Shown here in pieces: positions 60,631 through 64,000 of a DNA stretch of 64,000 nucleotides. This stretch comes from Candidatus Acidiferrum sp. (GTDB lineage Bacteria; Acidobacteriota; Terriglobia; Acidiferrales; UBA7541): assembly GCA_035310365.1 (NCBI GenBank), contig DATGEI010000019.1, positions 27,784 to 91,783 on the forward strand. The letters are read 5' to 3'. The position numbers were made by a program, and so were the translations under genes. The notes beneath the pieces are model-generated. The model did not search any database. It worked only from the letters and a program-made list of their open reading frames with translations, and had not been told where the DNA came from. Numbering within the stretch: position 1 is the first letter of the stretch; each line of letters starts with the position of its first letter.

Positions 60631-61457
60631 GGCGTGTTCTCTCCGGAATCCGATTCGTCCAGCCGCAAGATCATCGGCTTGAATCCTTCTTTCTCTCGCA
60701 ATTCGTCGCCCAATCTTTGCGCATCCCGCTCGCCGGAAACGCGCCCCACGCGCACGCGATAAAAATTCCCTTCCTCCAGCTTCACGTCCTGAATCACAAT
60801 CGGCGAATACGCCGCGCCGAGCCGCTCTTTCAACCGCTCGGCGTTCGCGCGATCCTTGAACGCGCCCACCTGCACCGTAAAATATCCCGAAGACGGGTCC
60901 GGCCCCGAAAGCACTTCAATCCGCACCGGCACGATCCCAGGGCCGATCGATTCAATCTCCTGCGCCGCCGCGCGCGACAAATCGATGATCCGGTTATCCA
61001 CAAACGGGCCGCGATCCGTGATCCGCACCGTCGTACTTTTTCCGTTGTTTAAATTCGTCACGCGCACCATCGAATTGAACGGCAGCGTCCGGTGCGCCGC
61101 CGTCAATTTGTTCATGTCGTAGATTTCGCCGTTCGAGGCTTTTCGTCCGTGAAATGGCGCGCCATACCACGACGCGTTTCCCTCTTCCGTGTAAATCGGC
61201 GCCGCATTGTCCGCCGGTTTGCTTCGCTTCAGCGGCGTTGCATTCGGCTGCGGCCGCACTTCCGTGGACGTCGATCGTTTCGCTTCCTCTTCCGTCGCGT
61301 CGGGGGTCGAAACCGGGGCGGTCGGCCTGCCGCTCACCACCGGTTTTCTTCCCGCGCAGCCCGTCGTTGCGACCGCGCAAGAAATAAAGCCAAAGTACAA
61401 GATGAACTTGACCGCTGAAATTTTCGAAGCGTGCGCGCGATGGTAAGTGCCTTGCAA
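60627..61457 (-). CDS. rlpA: Septal ring lytic transglycosylase RlpA with SPOR domain (TTG start inferred)
   Basis: TTGC lipobox-like; GNASWYG, TAAHRTLP and DRGP..RIIDLS motifs; SPOR VQVGAF..YRVRVG. Confidence 0.92.
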   Translation of the reverse strand: MQGTYHRAHASKISAVKFILYFGFISCAVATTGCAGRKPVVSGRPTAPVSTPDATEEEAKRSTSTEVRPQPNATPLKRSKPADNAAPIYTEEGNASWYGAPFHGRKASNGEIYDMNKLTAAHRTLPFNSMVRVTNLNNGKSTTVRITDRGPFVDNRIIDLSRAAAQEIESIGPGIVPVRIEVLSGPDPSSGYFTVQVGAFKDRANAERLKERLGAAYSPIVIQDVKLEEGNFYRVRVGRVSGERDAQRLGDELREKEGFKPMILRLDESDSGENTP

Positions 61458-61468
61458 GCGGAGCGCTC

Positions 61469-61675
61469 TCAAGCAGAACCCTTCGTGGCATTCGTCTGCC
61501 GCGCCGCCCGCCGCTCTTCCAGCCATCCCGCCGCGTGCGTCAACTTTTCCGAAACTTCGCGCAGAAAAATTGCCGTGTGCTTTTCCGTTTCCGGCGCAAC
61601 TTCTTCCTCGACAAACTTCCTCAGCCGCGTCAATCCTTCATCCAAATCCCGGCGCATTTCTTCAAATTTGTCCAT
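61469..61675 (-). CDS. Small helical hypothetical protein (68 aa)
   Basis: GGAGA ribosome site; amphipathic helical pattern; fills the gap upstream of rlpA on the same strand. Confidence 0.65.
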   Translation of the reverse strand: MDKFEEMRRDLDEGLTRLRKFVEEEVAPETEKHTAIFLREVSEKLTHAAGWLEERRAARQTNATKGSA

Positions 61676-61827
61676 ATTTCTCCGTACTCGCTGGCTGGAA
61701 GCGCAATTTCGGTATTATAGGAACGCACGCTGCGCCCCGCAAGGAAGTAGTGGTTCCGTTTGCATTTCGTTGCTCGGTACACAAGTAGCCGTGTTTCAGA
61801 CTGACCCGTTCGTCGCAAGGAGACTCG

Positions 61828-62742
61828 GTGGCATTTCCCTATCGCTGGCAAACGCGCCTCGAGCGCTGGAAAAAATCGCTGCGCGGCCTTGCGGGCGGCG
61901 GCGACGGGGCGCCTCGCCCGAAGCTTTGTCCCGCGTGCGGCTCGCTCGTCGGCATCAGCGCCACCCGCTGCCACGAATGCGGCACGAGCCTGCGCTTCTC
62001 TCTCGCCGCCATCACCAAGAAAATTCCCGTCGTATCGAACCTCGAATCGCCGGTCTCGACCGTCTTTCTCGGTTTGAATTTTTTGCTCTTCGCCGTCCAG
62101 TTGATGTTCACCATCCAGGCCGGTGCCGCCGGCGGCTTGAGTATTCTCTGGCGCCTCGACGGAATTTCTTCCTTCCGCCTCGGCGCATGTTTCGGTGAGT
62201 CGGTTTTCGCGGAGCATCAGTGGTGGCGCCTCATCACCGCCATGTTCCTGCACGGCGGATTGATTCACATCGGCTTCAATATGATGAACCTGATGCAGTT
62301 CGGCCCGGCCCTTGAAGAACTGTACGGCTCGCCTCGTTTTTTGTTTCTTTACACCGTCACGGGAGCCGTCGGATTTTTCTTCAGCGCCCTCGGCGGACAT
62401 TTGTCTCTCGGCGCGAGCGGCGCATTGCTTGGCATCATCGGCGCAATTCTTGCCATCACCACGAAACGCGGCGGCGCGCACATGAAAGACTTGCGCACGC
62501 GTTTGATAAGCTCGCTCATTTTTCTTTTCGCGCTCGGAATTTTTGGTGGAATCGGAATCGACAATCGAGCGCACGCCGGCGGCCTGGCCGCGGGATTCCT
62601 GCTCGGCAAACTTTTCGTGGATCGCCAGCCGATGAACAACGCGGAAAAACTGCGCGCGCAAATTCTCGGCTGGCTCGCCGGCCTCGCCGTCGCCGCAAGT
62701 TTTGTTTTGATGCTGCTGCATTTTCGCGATCCGATCAGTTAG
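61828..62742 (+). CDS. Rhomboid intramembrane serine protease with N-terminal zinc ribbon
   Basis: WWRLITAMFLH..H..FN, GASG and AHAGG motifs; CPAC..CHEC. Confidence 0.93.
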   Translation: MAFPYRWQTRLERWKKSLRGLAGGGDGAPRPKLCPACGSLVGISATRCHECGTSLRFSLAAITKKIPVVSNLESPVSTVFLGLNFLLFAVQLMFTIQAGAAGGLSILWRLDGISSFRLGACFGESVFAEHQWWRLITAMFLHGGLIHIGFNMMNLMQFGPALEELYGSPRFLFLYTVTGAVGFFFSALGGHLSLGASGALLGIIGAILAITTKRGGAHMKDLRTRLISSLIFLFALGIFGGIGIDNRAHAGGLAAGFLLGKLFVDRQPMNNAEKLRAQILGWLAGLAVAASFVLMLLHFRDPIS

Positions 62743-63287
62743 GCGCTGAGTTTGCGCGCGGTGGCGAAGCAATAGTGGAAGCCGGAGAAAACGGTGAACG
62801 CCGTCACCGTGTAAATCAAGACGAGATTCACTTCCATCCAGTGCTGGTAAGGAAAAGCCGCCGCGAGGACCACGGCGAAAACAAAAACAATCTGAAAAAA
62901 CGTCGTCAATTTTCCGTAGAGGCTGGGCGGAAACGGGCGATAGCCGGAAATTAAAATAATCACCGCGGCGACGACGAGGAGCAAAACGTCGCGGCTGAGC
63001 ACCATGATCGTCAGCCACCACGCCACTTTTTTCGCCATCGCCAGAATTACGAAAGAAGAAGAAAGCAAAAGTTTGTCGGCAATCGGATCGAGATAAGCGC
63101 CGAGCGCGGATTTCTGATTGAGCGTTCGCGCCAGCAATCCGTCGATTCCGTCCGTCAATCCCGCGACGACAAGAATCAGAAGCGCCCATTTGTATTGCTC
63201 GTAAGAAATAAGGATGAGGAAGAACGGCAGGAAGCCGAGCCGGAGAAACGTGATTTGATTGGGTACCGTCCAGATGCGGCCTTGCAT
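62739..63287 (-). CDS. CDP-alcohol phosphatidyltransferase (PgsA-like)
   Basis: PNQITFLR and DGIDGLLAR..GAYLDPIADK motifs. Confidence 0.93.
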   Translation of the reverse strand: MQGRIWTVPNQITFLRLGFLPFFLILISYEQYKWALLILVVAGLTDGIDGLLARTLNQKSALGAYLDPIADKLLLSSSFVILAMAKKVAWWLTIMVLSRDVLLLVVAAVIILISGYRPFPPSLYGKLTTFFQIVFVFAVVLAAAFPYQHWMEVNLVLIYTVTAFTVFSGFHYCFATARKLSA

Positions 63288-63316
63288 TGTTAGAAAGAGT
63301 ATCCCAGTTATTGGTT

Positions 63317-63625
63317 TCAGGCGAACTGCGCGAGGTAGTCCGCGAGCGAGCGGCCGGCTTTTCTGGCGAATACTTCGGACATGGAAGGAATCGAGCCCGA
63401 AGATTCATCGAGAGCGATGCGCTCGACGCGATTCATGGGAAAGAAAACCGTGGGCAAACCGGTGCGTTCGCCGTGCGGATCGTTGATCTGATTTACAAAA
63501 TGGTCGAACGAATTCAGATCGATGCCGCGCAGGGTTACGCCGGATGGATTGATGCTCAACAATTCGCCCCACACTTTTTCTTTTGGCGTGTGCAAGCTGA
63601 TGACGATGATCGAGTGGGGGTCCAT
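63317..63625 (-). CDS. Hypothetical protein (102 aa, possible Sm/SH3-like beta fold)
   Basis: ATG at 63625; PKEKVWG..GVTLRGID..FFPMNRVERI; fits between scoB and the phosphatidyltransferase. Confidence 0.7.
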   Translation of the reverse strand: MDPHSIIVISLHTPKEKVWGELLSINPSGVTLRGIDLNSFDHFVNQINDPHGERTGLPTVFFPMNRVERIALDESSGSIPSMSEVFARKAGRSLADYLAQFA

Positions 63626-63644
63626 GGCGGAGAGGATTCTTTCC

Positions 63645-64000
63645 TTAGCGTATCGCAGTCTCGGAGGCCATGGGAATCGGACCTCCGGCGGGAAGCAAAA
63701 GTTTTGGCTCGGTGAGCGATTGCACGTGTTCGAGGGTGACGCCGGGCGCCAATTCGCGCAAGAGGAGGCCCGCGGGCGTAACTTCGATGACGGCGAGTTC
63801 GGTGACGACGTGATGCACGACTTCAACGCCGGTGAGCGGCAGCGTGCATTTTTTCAGGATTTTCGCTTTGCCGTCTTTCGTGGCGTGTTCCATGGCGACG
63901 AAGACGCGCTTTGCGCCGGCGACAAGATCCATTGCGCCGCCCATACCTTTGAGCATTTTCCCCGGCACGGCCCAGTTGGCGAGAGTTCCCTTTTCGTCGA
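63645..64000 (-). CDS. scoB: 3-oxoacid CoA-transferase subunit B, 5'-truncated by window edge
   Basis: [24 protein letters not shown] and [14 protein letters not shown] motifs. Confidence 0.92.
   Translation of the reverse strand, partial: DEKGTLANWAVPGKMLKGMGGAMDLVAGAKRVFVAMEHATKDGKAKILKKCTLPLTGVEVVHHVVTELAVIEVTPAGLLLRELAPGVTLEHVQSLTEPKLLLPAGGPIPMASETAIR

Overview
A gene-dense, GC-rich chromosomal segment of about 43 CDS plus one tRNA-Arg(CCT). An Oar-type TonB-dependent receptor, many secreted hydrolases and PEGA/PilZ/FHA signalling proteins suggest Acidobacteriota; this is inference only. From left to right: beta-oxidation genes (thiolase, acyl-CoA dehydrogenase) split by an inverted membrane-LuxR/DUF4199/VOC cassette; a carboxylesterase and a hybrid PAS kinase; three coupled secreted amidohydrolases, only one with an intact metal site; asmA; and the tRNA followed by an IS481-like end remnant and a leader/multicopper oxidase/TolC copper unit. 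Next come a membrane-split alpha/beta hydrolase, a Ser/Thr kinase, a HEAT-PilZ protein, the TonB receptor, rmuC, a PP2C-FHA-CHASE2 cyclase cluster, an RND pump, a transglutaminase and DPP-IV. The right end holds a 2225-aa lectin/Ig-repeat surface protein, an orphan Rhs toxin-immunity cassette bounded by a direct repeat, and housekeeping genes (HIT, rlpA, rhomboid, CDP-alcohol transferase, scoB). The best leads are the Rhs cassette with a Ser-type permuted papain-like tip, a possible copper-sensing leader peptide, the pseudoenzyme amidohydrolase trio, the membrane LuxR with tandem operators, and orientation-independent G/C skew domains. All calls come from motif recognition by eye; no database search was run.
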